A stretch of 64,000 nucleotides of DNA from an uncultured Bradymonadales bacterium (GCA_964566695.1 CAZMJS010000008.1:1166-65165), one strand, 5' to 3'. Positions 46,721 to 58,588 are shown, numbered from the stretch's first letter. Notes: generated from the sequence alone by a model not told the origin. Made by a program: numbers and translations.

Positions 46721-47434
46721 ATGGGCCCCACCATCCTCGCCCAGACGGACACCATCGTCGCCTGTGACAAGCCCGCCGGCCTGTCCACCACGGGCCATGA
46801 CCTCGATGATCCGAATTGCCTGCAATACCGGCTCATGGAGCACTTTGACCAGCCGGTGTGGGCCCTCCATCAACTGGACCGCCACACCTCCGGCGTGGTC
46901 CTCTTTAGCCTCAAGAAATCGGCCGTCCACCCCTGGCAGAGCGACTGGCGCGAGGGCGTCGACAAAATCTACGTGGCCCTGGTTCATGGCGTCGTCTCGC
47001 AGGCCACAATGACGATCGACGCCCCCATTCGGCGCATCAACGATGACAACGCCTATACCACCGTCGCCGTCGACGAGGGTGGCAAACGAGCGGTCACTGA
47101 CGTTGCCCGATTGAGCACCGGCAACCACTACAGCCTGATATTGGCGCGGCTTCGCACCGGACGAACGCACCAAATCCGAGCCCACCTCCAGCACGCCGGG
47201 CACCCCCTGATCGGTGAGAAGAAATACAACCAGATTCCCTGCGCTCATCATGATCGCCAGGCCCTGCACGCCCTGGCCATCTGGACCGATCACGCCCCTC
47301 CCCTCGACGAACTCGTTGCTCCTCTGGCAGATGATCTCAAGCAGGTGGCCTCACGGCTCTCGATTCCCCTTGACGAGCTGAATAATTGGCGCCGCGCCGC
47401 CCGAGCTTGCGCCCCCCCAGACCGCCCCTATTAA
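46721..47434 (+). CDS. RluA-family pseudouridine synthase (no S4 domain)
   Basis: HQLDRHTSGVVLFS and GRTHQIRAHL. Confidence 0.85.
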   Translation: MGPTILAQTDTIVACDKPAGLSTTGHDLDDPNCLQYRLMEHFDQPVWALHQLDRHTSGVVLFSLKKSAVHPWQSDWREGVDKIYVALVHGVVSQATMTIDAPIRRINDDNAYTTVAVDEGGKRAVTDVARLSTGNHYSLILARLRTGRTHQIRAHLQHAGHPLIGEKKYNQIPCAHHDRQALHALAIWTDHAPPLDELVAPLADDLKQVASRLSIPLDELNNWRRAARACAPPDRPY

Positions 47435-47470
47435 CGCTCCAGATAACACTCCTGGCCACGGACCCCCATC

Positions 47471-48424
47471 ATGCGTATCCTCATCGTCGGCGCCGGCTCA
47501 GTGGGTCAACTCTACGGCTACCACCTGGCCCGCGGTGGCGCCGAGGTCGACGTTTATGTCCGTCCGCGCTACACCGACCACGCTCGGCAGGGCTACCGAC
47601 TCTACGATCGTTCCCAGGGCTACGACTCCACCCTGATATTCGAGCCACAGACGGCGCTCTCCTCCATCGACGAGCTCCGAGATTATACCTGCGACCGGGT
47701 ACTCTTTTGCATCCCTTCCACCGGACTACGCGGCCCCTGGCTTGGCCCCTTTCTGGAGACCTTCGACGACTCCACGGGCGTCATCTCATTGCTCCCAGGC
47801 CTCGACGATCGCGACCATATCAACCAGTGGATCCCCGACGACCGCCTCGGCACCGGTCTCATTACCGCCGTGGCCTACCCGGCCCCCTTGCCCGGCGAGT
47901 CCCTGGACCATGACGCCACCGCCTTCTGGCTTCCGCCGCTGACGCCGGCTCTCTTCAGCGGCCCTCGACCGCTCCTATCCCCCCTTATCTCCCACCTCAA
48001 CGACGGTGGTATGCGCGCCAAAATTGACGATAACACCCCGGCGCTCGCCGCCTTTGGATCGGCGTTCTTGATGTCCTTCATCGCCACTCTGGAGACCCTG
48101 GACTGGTCCCTGGAACGCTTGAAAAAGACGCGTGACCATCGTCGGCAGGTCACCGACACGGCCAACGAAATCATGGCCATCGTCGCCGCCACCGTTGATG
48201 CCCGGCCCCCGATGAGCATGAAACTGCTGGGGCCCACTGCCATTCGCGGCGCCCTCAGCGCCGCTCCCATGGTCACCCCCTTCGATCTGGAGACCTACCT
48301 TCGCGTTCATTTTACCAAGGTCGGCGACCAGACCCGCTTATTTTTTCGAGACTATATCGATAAGGGCGCCCACCTGGGACTTCAAACCACCCACTGTGAG
48401 CGATTACTGGCCGCGCTTGACTGA
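47471..48424 (+). CDS. ketopantoate reductase (ApbA/PanE) family oxidoreductase
   Basis: Rossmann N-terminus MRILIVGAGSVGQLYGYHLARGG; length and layout fit the ApbA family. Substrate not assignable. Confidence 0.6.
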   Translation: MRILIVGAGSVGQLYGYHLARGGAEVDVYVRPRYTDHARQGYRLYDRSQGYDSTLIFEPQTALSSIDELRDYTCDRVLFCIPSTGLRGPWLGPFLETFDDSTGVISLLPGLDDRDHINQWIPDDRLGTGLITAVAYPAPLPGESLDHDATAFWLPPLTPALFSGPRPLLSPLISHLNDGGMRAKIDDNTPALAAFGSAFLMSFIATLETLDWSLERLKKTRDHRRQVTDTANEIMAIVAATVDARPPMSMKLLGPTAIRGALSAAPMVTPFDLETYLRVHFTKVGDQTRLFFRDYIDKGAHLGLQTTHCERLLAALD

Positions 48425-49102
48425 CGCCATCAAGCGCTCAAAGCTCGAGGGAACGGGCGCCTCCAACTCCAAATAAGTATCCTTCACCGGGTGTGGCATC
48501 ATCAGCCGGTGGGCGTGAAGCATCATGCGCGGCGCCTGCGTCCCAATCTCGTTGGCACAGCCCCCGTACAGTTCGTCGCCAGCGATGGGCAGCCCACGCT
48601 CTGCGAGGTGGACCCTGATCTGGTGACGGCGACCACTTACCGGCATCGCTTTTAGCTCCCACAGTAGTCCCGCACGGCGCACCACTTCAAAATCGGTCTT
48701 TGCCCAATCCCCGCCGGCTCGCACCGAGGTCTGCCTGCCTGGCGGCCCCTCGGGATCGCTGGCCAAATGGTTGGCCACACTGAAGTCATCGTCGATCGGC
48801 GGCCGCTGACTTCCGTCCACCGTCGCCAGGGCCCGATAGATCTTTGTGACCTCTCCTTCCTGAAAGGCCGTCGATAACCCCTTATTGGCCGCCCGATCCT
48901 TGGCCAACACCAGCACCCCCGACGTCCCCAGATCCAGTCGATGATGAAGCGCCAGATAGGGCTCATCCTCGCCTCGATTCTCCAGCTTGCGACGCAGCTT
49001 CGCCACCACATGATCCCGGTTGGGGTCGCGGGTCTGCTGACTGAGCAGACCCGCTGGTTTGGCCACGGCGATCACCACTTCATCTTCGTAGATGATCTCC
49101 AT
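48404..49102 (-). CDS. RluA-family pseudouridine synthase
   Basis: HHRLDLGTSGVLVLAK and GRRHQIRVHLAERG. Its 3' end overlaps the preceding gene by 21 nt (convergent). Confidence 0.85.
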   Translation of the reverse strand: MEIIYEDEVVIAVAKPAGLLSQQTRDPNRDHVVAKLRRKLENRGEDEPYLALHHRLDLGTSGVLVLAKDRAANKGLSTAFQEGEVTKIYRALATVDGSQRPPIDDDFSVANHLASDPEGPPGRQTSVRAGGDWAKTDFEVVRRAGLLWELKAMPVSGRRHQIRVHLAERGLPIAGDELYGGCANEIGTQAPRMMLHAHRLMMPHPVKDTYLELEAPVPSSFERLMASVKRGQ

Positions 49103-49130
49103 GCATTAGCCTCCCGCCTCGTCACGTCGC

Positions 49131-50540
49131 TCAAAAATCGGCATTACGCGGCGTCCTCGGAAAGGGAATCACGTCGCGCACATTTTCGATGCCCGTGGCA
49201 TAGGCGATGCATCGCTCAAAGCCCAGCCCGAAGCCCGCATGAGGCACCGTTCCGTAGCGACGCAGATCTCGATACCAATCGTATTCCTCCAGATCGTGGC
49301 CCAGCTTTTCGATGCGCTCCTCCAGCACATCCAGTCGTTCCTCGCGCTGAGCGCCGCCGATGATCTCCCCCATCCCCGGCGCCAGCACGTCCATGGCCGC
49401 CACCGTCTTCTGGTCATCGTTGAGACGCATATAAAACGCCTTGATCTCTTTGGGGTAGTTCATCACCACCACCGGTCGGCCCACGTGTTCCTCCGCCAGA
49501 TAGCGCTCGTGCTCCGACTGCAGGTCAATGCCCCAGGAGACGGGAAATTCAAAGTCTTGCTCCGACTCCACGGACTCCAAGATATCGATGGCCTCTCCGT
49601 AGTCCATGCGCTCAAACGACGCCTCGATGAGCTGCTCCAACCGCTCCACACAGCCTGGGCTGACGTGTTTATCGAAAAAGGCCATATCGTCGGCCCGCTC
49701 TTCGAGGAGTACCTGGAAGATGTCCGTGAGAAAATCCTCCGCAAGGTCCGCGGCATCGTTCAGGTCGGCGAAGGCGATCTCCGGCTCCACCATCCAGAAC
49801 TCGGCCAGATGCCGTGACGTGTTGGAGTTCTCCGCCCGAAAGGTCGGCCCGAAGGTGTAGACCTTGCTCATCGCCTGACAATAGGCCTCGACGTTGAGCT
49901 GACCCGACACCGTCAAAAACGCCTCCTTGCCAAAGAAATCCTCCGAGAAATCCACCGAACCCTCATCGCCGATCGGCAAATTCATCAGATCCAGGGTCGA
50001 TACCCGAAATAGCTCCCCGGCCCCTTCGGCATCGGAGGAGGTGATAATCGGGGTGTGAATCCAGAAATAGCCCTGTTTGTCGAAGTATCGATGGATCGCC
50101 GACGACAGGGTATGACGCACCCGAGTTACGGCCCCAATCAGATTGGTGCGCGGCCGAAGGTGAGCATGCTTACGAAGGTGCGCCATCGTGTGTTCTTTGG
50201 GGGCCATCGGATAGGTATCCGGATCTTCTACCCAACCCACCACCTCCACCTCGTTGGCCTGCACCTCCACGGCTTGACCGGCGCCTCGGGAGGCCACCAA
50301 TTCTCCGGTGATTCGCACCGAGCACCCCGCCGTCAGGTTTAACACCTCCGATTCATAGTTATCCAGATCCCCATCGATCACGATTTGGAGCGTGTCAAAA
50401 CAGGACCCGTCGTGAACCTCCAAAAAGCTAAACCCTCCCTTGGAGTCTCGTCGGGTCCTCACCCATCCCTCCACGGTGACCATTTCGCCAGGCTCAACCT
50501 GACCATCCAGAAGATCGGCAATCATCGGTGTCTCTTTCAC
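49131..50540 (-). CDS. asnS: asparagine--tRNA ligase
   Basis: 469 aa class IIb synthetase; [37 protein letters not shown]. Confidence 0.93.
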   Translation of the reverse strand: MKETPMIADLLDGQVEPGEMVTVEGWVRTRRDSKGGFSFLEVHDGSCFDTLQIVIDGDLDNYESEVLNLTAGCSVRITGELVASRGAGQAVEVQANEVEVVGWVEDPDTYPMAPKEHTMAHLRKHAHLRPRTNLIGAVTRVRHTLSSAIHRYFDKQGYFWIHTPIITSSDAEGAGELFRVSTLDLMNLPIGDEGSVDFSEDFFGKEAFLTVSGQLNVEAYCQAMSKVYTFGPTFRAENSNTSRHLAEFWMVEPEIAFADLNDAADLAEDFLTDIFQVLLEERADDMAFFDKHVSPGCVERLEQLIEASFERMDYGEAIDILESVESEQDFEFPVSWGIDLQSEHERYLAEEHVGRPVVVMNYPKEIKAFYMRLNDDQKTVAAMDVLAPGMGEIIGGAQREERLDVLEERIEKLGHDLEEYDWYRDLRRYGTVPHAGFGLGFERCIAYATGIENVRDVIPFPRTPRNADF

Positions 50541-50707
50541 GGTTCATTCCTCGACAAATTGGAGTTTTCTACACGTCGGTCTTCGGCTTTTAACACCCCT
50601 TCAACGATGGCGACAACCCTTGCATCTCTGACACCTTTTATCTATCGCTCATAGGCGTACCAACGGTGGGTTACTCCACCTCTGTCGTTCCCCTTGCAGG
50701 TCGCACC

Positions 50708-51706
50708 ATGGCACAGCAATCGTCCAGCACTTCTCCCTCCCGATCCTTTACCACCTACGCCTGGATCTTCCTGTTTTATATGCTCCTTGTGATCCTCTTT
50801 GGCGCCTGGGTCCGGATCACCGGATCCGGCGCCGGCTGCGGAGCTAACTGGCCGGACTGCCATGGCGAGTTTATCCCCGCCGATCTGTTGCAGGAATACG
50901 AAACCCTCATCGAATATACCCACCGGGTCACCGCCGGCATCCTGGGCCCGATGGTCATCGCCCTGATGGTCTGGGCCTGGAAGCTCTTTGGTCGCCACCG
51001 CGTATTCTTTGCCACCATCGTCACCGCCGTCTTCATCGTCATCGAATCCCTTATCGGCGCTGGGCTGGTGTTGGCGGAACTGGTCGCCGACGACGATTCC
51101 GTCTCCCGAGCTGTCGTCATCTCCATCCACCTGGTCAACACCCTGGCGCTGACCGGTTCGGCGGCGCTGGTCGCCTGGTGGTCCACTGGAAAACCGGCAC
51201 CCGATTGGGCTCGCGCTTCCACCTCCACCTGGCTTCTGCTCATCGCTCTGATGGGACTCATCTTCACCAGCATGTCCGGCGCCGTCACGGCCCTTGGTGA
51301 CACCCTTTTCCCGACGGATCCCACCATCGGCGAGGGGCTCTTCGCCAATGTGCGAGAGGACCTATCGGCGGCCAATCACTTCTTGGTGCGTCTGCGTATC
51401 TTTCACCCCATTATCGCCATCATGACCGCCGCCTACCTCATGGCCCTGACCTGGGTCCTTCGCCTGCGACCTGACGCCCCGCCTATCGTGGAGCGCTGGG
51501 CCAACTGGACGCTGTGGCTGGTCATCGCTCAAACCCTGGTCGGCGTCGTCAACGTCATGCTCGCCGCCCCGGGATGGATCCAATTGCTCCACCTCTTCAT
51601 GGCCCAATGCGTCTGGATCGCCGCCCTCTTTTGGACGCTCTCCACCGTGATGCCCGACGACTCTCCAACCGGGCTCTTCCCTCGCCGCCCCGGAGATCTG
51701 CCATGA
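50708..51706 (+). CDS. ctaA: heme A synthase (COX15/CtaA family)
   Basis: Multi-TM protein; GSGAGCGANWPDCHG and conserved His residues. ATG at 50708 preferred; the ORF-track start at 50666 is GTG. Confidence 0.8.
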   Translation: MAQQSSSTSPSRSFTTYAWIFLFYMLLVILFGAWVRITGSGAGCGANWPDCHGEFIPADLLQEYETLIEYTHRVTAGILGPMVIALMVWAWKLFGRHRVFFATIVTAVFIVIESLIGAGLVLAELVADDDSVSRAVVISIHLVNTLALTGSAALVAWWSTGKPAPDWARASTSTWLLLIALMGLIFTSMSGAVTALGDTLFPTDPTIGEGLFANVREDLSAANHFLVRLRIFHPIIAIMTAAYLMALTWVLRLRPDAPPIVERWANWTLWLVIAQTLVGVVNVMLAAPGWIQLLHLFMAQCVWIAALFWTLSTVMPDDSPTGLFPRRPGDLP

Positions 51707-52695
51707 CCATCTCCTTCGATCACCCTCTGAGCGTCGCTCCCATGATGCAGCGTACGGACCGCCACTTTCGCTACTTCATGCGAAAGATCACCGGCGCCAC
51801 CTTATTATATAGCGAAATGCTCACCACCGGTGCCATCATCCACGGCGACCGCCAGCGACTGCTGGGATTCGATGCCTCGGAGCACCCCATCGCCCTCCAG
51901 ATCGGTGGCTCCGACCCCGACGACCTCGCCGAGGCTGCGCGCATCGGCCAATCGATGGGCTACGACGAGATCAACCTCAACGTCGGATGCCCCTCCAGCC
52001 GCGTTCAAAACGCCCGCATTGGCGCCTGCCTCATGGGCTCCCCCGACGTGGTGGCCCGGGCCGTGGAAGCCATGAATCAAGCCGTGGACATCGAGGTGAC
52101 CGTCAAGCACCGCATCGGCATCGATGACCTCGACACCTACGACCATATGCTGCACTTCGTGGACACCGTCGCCGACGCTGGCTGCCGACGATTCACCGTG
52201 CATGCCCGCAAGGCCTGGCTGCAAGGGCTCAGCCCTGCAGAGAATCGAAACGTTCCCCCCCTTCGCCACCACGAAGTTCATGAACTCAAGCGCCAGCGTC
52301 CCCACCTGATCATTGAAACCAACGGCGGCATCCAAGATCTGGACACCGTCGAGGAACACCTCCAGCATGTCGACGCCGTCATGATCGGCCGCGCCGCCTA
52401 CAAAAACCCCTTTCTCTTCGCCAATGCCGACCAGCGTATCTACGGCCGCCAGAAGCCATCTCCCACCCGCGTCGACGTTGCCCTGTCCATGTGCGACTAC
52501 ATCGACCACTGGGTCCATGAGCGAGGCATCAATATCCATCACATCAGCCGCCACATGATCCAGCTATTCTATGGGCAACCGGGTGCCCGCCGATGGCGAC
52601 GCATCCTCACCGAGGGGGCCCAGCAGCCGAATATCGACTCTCGCCTCATCCGCCGTGGCGTCGACGCCGTGCGCGACGCCCGAAACGCAGCCTGA
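51703..52695 (+). CDS. dusA: tRNA-dihydrouridine synthase A
   Basis: MTISFDHPLSVAPMMQRTDRHFRYF...EINLNVGCPS...VKHRIG. Its ATGA start overlaps the ctaA stop. Confidence 0.92.
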   Translation: MTISFDHPLSVAPMMQRTDRHFRYFMRKITGATLLYSEMLTTGAIIHGDRQRLLGFDASEHPIALQIGGSDPDDLAEAARIGQSMGYDEINLNVGCPSSRVQNARIGACLMGSPDVVARAVEAMNQAVDIEVTVKHRIGIDDLDTYDHMLHFVDTVADAGCRRFTVHARKAWLQGLSPAENRNVPPLRHHEVHELKRQRPHLIIETNGGIQDLDTVEEHLQHVDAVMIGRAAYKNPFLFANADQRIYGRQKPSPTRVDVALSMCDYIDHWVHERGINIHHISRHMIQLFYGQPGARRWRRILTEGAQQPNIDSRLIRRGVDAVRDARNAA

Positions 52696-52715
52696 CCCCT
52701 CCTCCCCCTCTCACA

Positions 52716-53894
52716 TCAACGCAGTTTTTCCAGCCGGCTCAGGTCGCGGGTGATATTTTTCTGATGAGCTTCGATGGTCCCACCACCGATCTCTAGCAAC
52801 TTGGCGTCTCGCCATAGCCGCTCCACCTCATACTCCGCCACATACCCGTATCCTCCCAACACCTGAATGGCCCGATCCGCCACCTCTTTTCCCATGGTGG
52901 AGCAAAACAACTTGACCCCATCGGAATCCATCCGACTGCCCGTGCCCTCCGGCCCCAGTTGTTGAGCCACCTGATACACATAGCTTCGACCGGCCATATA
53001 CTCCGCATAGCTCTCGGCGATATGGCGTTGAATCTGACCGAAGCGATTGAGGGGTTCCCCGAAGGACTCTCGCTCCTTGGCATACCCATTCATGATCTCC
53101 ACGCTCCGGCGAGCGATTCCGAGGCTCATGGCCGCCAAGGTCAAGCGCTCGATCTCCAGGTTGCGCATCATATGTTTGACCGCTGTGCCCTCGCTCCCCA
53201 CCAGATGGCTCTTGGGCAACCGAACATCTTCAAAGACGAGCTCCGCCGTCGTCGATGCCCTCATCCCCAGCTTGCCGTGTAATTTTTGCCCCAGGGAAAA
53301 CCCCTCCATCCCTTTCTCTACCACGAATAGGGATAGGCCCTGACGGTTTCCCGGTTCCGTGCGCGCGTAAACCAAAAAGATGTCGCCCAACTCATCGTCG
53401 GCTACCGCCCCGTTGGTGATCCACATCTTGCGCCCATTGAGTACATATTCATCCCCCTCAACCTCCGCCGTCGCACTCATTCCCAGCACATCCGTCCCCG
53501 CCCCCGGTTCACTCATGCACATCCCTCCCACCGCCTCTCCGGAACACGCCGCCGGCAGCCAACGCTGCAGTTGCTCCTCCGACCCATTGACCGCCAGGTT
53601 ATTCACAAACAGCATCGAATGCGCCAGGTAGGCCAGGCAAAAGCCAGGGTCGATAGCGGCCAACTCCTCATGGACGATGACGGCCGCCGTGGCGTCCATT
53701 GCCGACCCTCCACAGCTTGCGGGCGCCGTCACTCCCAATAGCCCCAACTGCCCGAGCTTTCGAAATAATGCCAAATTAAACTGCTCGCTCCGATCATATT
53801 CCTCCGCCTGAGGAGCCAATTCCTTTTCTGCGAAGCTCCGGACCATTTCCCTCAGCACTTGGTGTTGTTCCGAGGGATTGAAGAGATCAGCCAT
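52716..53894 (-). CDS. acyl-CoA dehydrogenase, isovaleryl-CoA dehydrogenase-like
   Basis: 392 aa; CMSEPGAGTDV...KMWITNG...QVLGGYGY...LEIGGGT. The N-terminal half is colinear by eye with IVD. Confidence 0.8.
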   Translation of the reverse strand: MADLFNPSEQHQVLREMVRSFAEKELAPQAEEYDRSEQFNLALFRKLGQLGLLGVTAPASCGGSAMDATAAVIVHEELAAIDPGFCLAYLAHSMLFVNNLAVNGSEEQLQRWLPAACSGEAVGGMCMSEPGAGTDVLGMSATAEVEGDEYVLNGRKMWITNGAVADDELGDIFLVYARTEPGNRQGLSLFVVEKGMEGFSLGQKLHGKLGMRASTTAELVFEDVRLPKSHLVGSEGTAVKHMMRNLEIERLTLAAMSLGIARRSVEIMNGYAKERESFGEPLNRFGQIQRHIAESYAEYMAGRSYVYQVAQQLGPEGTGSRMDSDGVKLFCSTMGKEVADRAIQVLGGYGYVAEYEVERLWRDAKLLEIGGGTIEAHQKNITRDLSRLEKLR

Positions 53895-54347
53895 GATTTT
53901 TACTCCGCGCTCGAGCTAAGTGACCAACGAATCGCCTCGACCTTAGCAACCACCGACCAGTCCCGTACAGATCCAATTTTGGTTTTCCTTTCGCCCTCCC
54001 CCGGTGTTTTCATCCTATTTCTCCTATCCTCTAGCGAGCCTCCTCCCGCACCGCCCTCCGCCACCTCTAGATGACCTCTCCCCTAAGGTCAGTTCACTGT
54101 CACTGCCCTGTGAATGCCACCCCTGCCATCATTCAACCTTCACCCCTTGACTCTTCACCCAGCAAAACACAGTTGACATTCAACCCAACTGCTGGCATTA
54201 ACCATCTATGGGCGGGATCATCATAGGACAAATTGCACCGGCCATGGTCATTGGGGCATTACCATATGGACCAAGGGGACACACTTTTGCTCTCGTGATT
54301 TTGCGGTGCATGACTGACCACCCAATCAATCAAAAAGGACAATAACC

Positions 54348-54815
54348 ATGTCAATGACATTCTCTGGTGAACTCGAAAACTTTCAAGAAGCGCTCCAACA
54401 GAAGCAGGCTCGGTTGAAAGAGCTTCGTCAGCAACGACGGGAGTACGAAGGCCGCACAAAGAAGGCACGCCAAGCCCTTCAAGATCTGCAGGCCATCCTT
54501 CGCGGAGAGCATCCATCCTCCTCCGATGCCAGCGTTCACGGCATCGATCCCGTCGTGATCCCCGAGGGCAACAAACGCCCCCCCCGTGGTGCCCGAAAAA
54601 ATCAAATCCGCCAAATCTGTCGTCTTGTTGGAAGCACGGGCGATACCTTTCGCACCAAACAGGTCATCGACAAACTTCGTGAAATCGAGGGCGATGGCCA
54701 GGGCGATATTGATAAGAGCATCATCAGCTATGTCTACTCCGTAATGAATACTCTCGGGGAAGAGGGATTCCTCCAACGCGAAGAAGGTCGAGGCAAATGG
54801 TCGCTTTGCGACTGA
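54348..54815 (+). CDS. hypothetical protein: N-terminal coiled coil plus C-terminal winged-helix-like region
   Basis: 155 aa. AAGGA-type RBS. N-terminus LENFQEALQQKQARLKELRQQRREYEGRTKKARQALQDLQ. C-terminus ...IRQICRLVGSTGDTFRTKQVIDKL...VMNTLGEEGFLQREEGRGKWSL. Many A/T-ending codons compared with its neighbours. Confidence 0.6.
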   Translation: MSMTFSGELENFQEALQQKQARLKELRQQRREYEGRTKKARQALQDLQAILRGEHPSSSDASVHGIDPVVIPEGNKRPPRGARKNQIRQICRLVGSTGDTFRTKQVIDKLREIEGDGQGDIDKSIISYVYSVMNTLGEEGFLQREEGRGKWSLCD

Positions 54816-54878
54816 TTGCCTGCACGCCAACGCTAAACTTAATTCCAGACGACGACTTCCACTCAGAGGAACCCTATC

Positions 54879-55082
54879 ATGACCAACGAAGAACAAAACC
54901 AATCGTCCGAATCCGCTTTGGAGTCTGCCATCGAGAGCGCTTCCGAAAAATTGGCCCAGCTGGAGGCTGAGCGCCAGGACGTGGACAATGAAATCGAGAC
55001 GCTGGAGCGTGAGATTGCCGGCCTCAAGCAGGCCATTCGCTCCTTTGAGCAGTTAGACGCTGACCTCAGCGACGACGCCTGA
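54879..55082 (+). CDS. small acidic coiled-coil protein (67 aa)
   Basis: GAGGAA RBS; ...KLAQLEAERQDVDNEIETLEREIAGLKQAIRSFEQL. A strong terminator follows directly. Confidence 0.55.
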   Translation: MTNEEQNQSSESALESAIESASEKLAQLEAERQDVDNEIETLEREIAGLKQAIRSFEQLDADLSDDA

Positions 55083-55106
55083 TTCGTCGCAGGCCCAGCA
55101 CGGACC

Positions 55107-55142
55107 GCCGCCTTCTCATCTACGATGAAGGCGGCTTTTTTT
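55107..55142 (+). terminator. Rho-independent terminator after the two-gene islet
   Basis: GCCGCCTTC, 11-nt loop, GAAGGCGGC, then TTTTTTT. Confidence 0.9.
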
Positions 55143-55354
55143 ATCCCCTTTCGGTAGTGCCTTTGATCTCAGGGGCGAACCGTATTATCACTGGCCCGCC
55201 TACAGTGGCCTTGAATTTTCGCCACCGCGTCCTCTTGCTCACTTCGGATGGCTAAGCGCGGCGGCAAGTCGCAACCAAATACCGGCCTCCCACGTACATC
55301 CTCCAATCATCGAGGGCCGTCCGGGAGGCCATTCCCCAGCGCATGGATTGACGT

Positions 55355-56983
55355 ATGGATTTGTCCCTTTTTATCAGCGACAAGGATGATTCTCGACATC
55401 GGGCGAAACGTCGCCTCAACATCGTGATCGCCTCCAGCGAAGTAGCCCCCTTCTCCAAGCGTGGCGGCATGGCCGACGTGGCCTCCAGTCTCCCCAAAGC
55501 GCTGGCCAAACGAGGGCACTCCGTCATTCTTTTGACCCCTCTTTATGGTCACCTGGACGCCGAGGCCATGCGTCTCAGCCGTCGCCTCTTCTCCCTGGAG
55601 GTCCCCACCAAAAGCAAGCACCAGGCCAAGGTGGAGGCCACCCTCTGGGAGACCCGCCTTCCTCAGGGCGGCCGTATCGTCTTCATCGATGCCCCGGACT
55701 ACTTCCAAAAACCCGGCGTCTACGGCGACGGCGATGAACCCTTCGAGGACAACGCCCAGCGTTTCGCCTTCTTCAGCCGCGCCGCCGTGGAATATTGCCG
55801 CCACTCGCCGCTACCCATCGACGTGCTTCATTGCCAGGACTGGCCCAGCGCGCTCGCCCCTATCTATGCCGGCCACTATTACGAAGACGAGTTCGAGGAC
55901 ACCACCATTGCCCTGACGATTCATGATATCGACTCCCAGGGCGCTTTCGATGCCGACGCACACTACGATGCCACCGGCCTTCCCCAGTCCTATAACACTG
56001 ACGCCGAACTCCTCGACGACCAGGGGCAGCTCAACTTCCTCAAAGGTGGCCTCCTGCACAGCGATATCATCACCACGGTCAGCGAAGGCTACGCCGAAGA
56101 GCTCCGACAGAGCGACGACGACGCCGGCCTCCATCAAATCCTCAAGGACCGTGCCGATGACCTCGTGGGCATCCTTAACGGCGCTGACTATTCGGTGTGG
56201 TCCCCCGACGTCGACCGCCATATCGCGGTCCAATACGATGTGGAGAGTCTCAACGGAAAGCGTCAGAACAAGGCGAAGCTCCAACACGATATGGACCTTC
56301 CCATCCGCCCCACCCTTCCGCTGGTGGGCGTTATCGGCGACATCTCGGAGGCCAAGGGCACCGATATGCTCATCCCCGCTGTGCGCTCCCTGCTCAAGGA
56401 CGCCGACGGCCCCCGCGATGGGTTTCAACTCGTCGTCCTGGGGCAAGGAGACGACGCGCTAATCGACAAGCTCCATGCGCTGGCGAAGGAATTCCCCCAA
56501 CGGGTCGCCATCGACATCGACTTCAGCGAACCCAAAGCCCACGCCATCCAGGCCGGCGCTGACATCCTTCTCATCCCCAGCCGAACCGAGCCCTGTGGCC
56601 TGACGCAGCTCTACGCCATGCGATATGGCACCATCCCCGTGGTTCATCACACCGGTGGACTGGCCGATTCGGTGGCCGACCTGCGCGATGACCCCGACAA
56701 GGGCACGGGCTTTACCTTCAAACCCCTCAGTGAGGACGCCCTCGCCGGTGCCCTGGACCGAGCTGCGTCGGCCTACCGAAATTACCGAAAGTGGCGACCC
56801 TTGATGGTCCGAGCCATGGAGCGCGACTTCTCCTGGGGCAACTCCGCTCAACGCTTCGAAGACGTTTTCCTCCGCGCTCTGACCGACCCCACCGGCGAAG
56901 ACCCCACGGCCAGCAACGACCATGACGATACCGACGCCGTCGACAGTGAGGCCGATGGCCCGGCGACTGATCCTCAGAGCTGA
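55355..56983 (+). CDS. glgA: glycogen synthase GlgA (with acidic C-terminal extension)
   Basis: IVIASSEVAPFSKRGGMADVASSLPKALAKRGH...PSRTEPCGLTQLYAMRYGTIPVV. Confidence 0.92.
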   Translation: MDLSLFISDKDDSRHRAKRRLNIVIASSEVAPFSKRGGMADVASSLPKALAKRGHSVILLTPLYGHLDAEAMRLSRRLFSLEVPTKSKHQAKVEATLWETRLPQGGRIVFIDAPDYFQKPGVYGDGDEPFEDNAQRFAFFSRAAVEYCRHSPLPIDVLHCQDWPSALAPIYAGHYYEDEFEDTTIALTIHDIDSQGAFDADAHYDATGLPQSYNTDAELLDDQGQLNFLKGGLLHSDIITTVSEGYAEELRQSDDDAGLHQILKDRADDLVGILNGADYSVWSPDVDRHIAVQYDVESLNGKRQNKAKLQHDMDLPIRPTLPLVGVIGDISEAKGTDMLIPAVRSLLKDADGPRDGFQLVVLGQGDDALIDKLHALAKEFPQRVAIDIDFSEPKAHAIQAGADILLIPSRTEPCGLTQLYAMRYGTIPVVHHTGGLADSVADLRDDPDKGTGFTFKPLSEDALAGALDRAASAYRNYRKWRPLMVRAMERDFSWGNSAQRFEDVFLRALTDPTGEDPTASNDHDDTDAVDSEADGPATDPQS

Positions 56984-57037
56984 TCCGCACGCTCCTCCCC
57001 CCGGCATCCCCACCGTCATCGACCCAAAGGATTCTCT

Positions 57038-58588
<1,551 letters not shown>

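Noticed and set aside
46244-47293. 349-aa minus-strand ORF
   Set aside because: It is antisense to yebC and an RluA-family gene, both with clear family signatures. Its Gly/Val/Asp-rich composition is typical of shadow frames.
54351-54902. 183-aa minus-strand ORF opposite the 155-aa islet ORF
   Set aside because: The plus-strand ORF has an RBS, coiled-coil heptads, a wHTH-like end and a downstream terminator. The minus-strand product is Ala/Gly/Leu-rich with no start context. The call is not certain, because neither has a recognised homologue.
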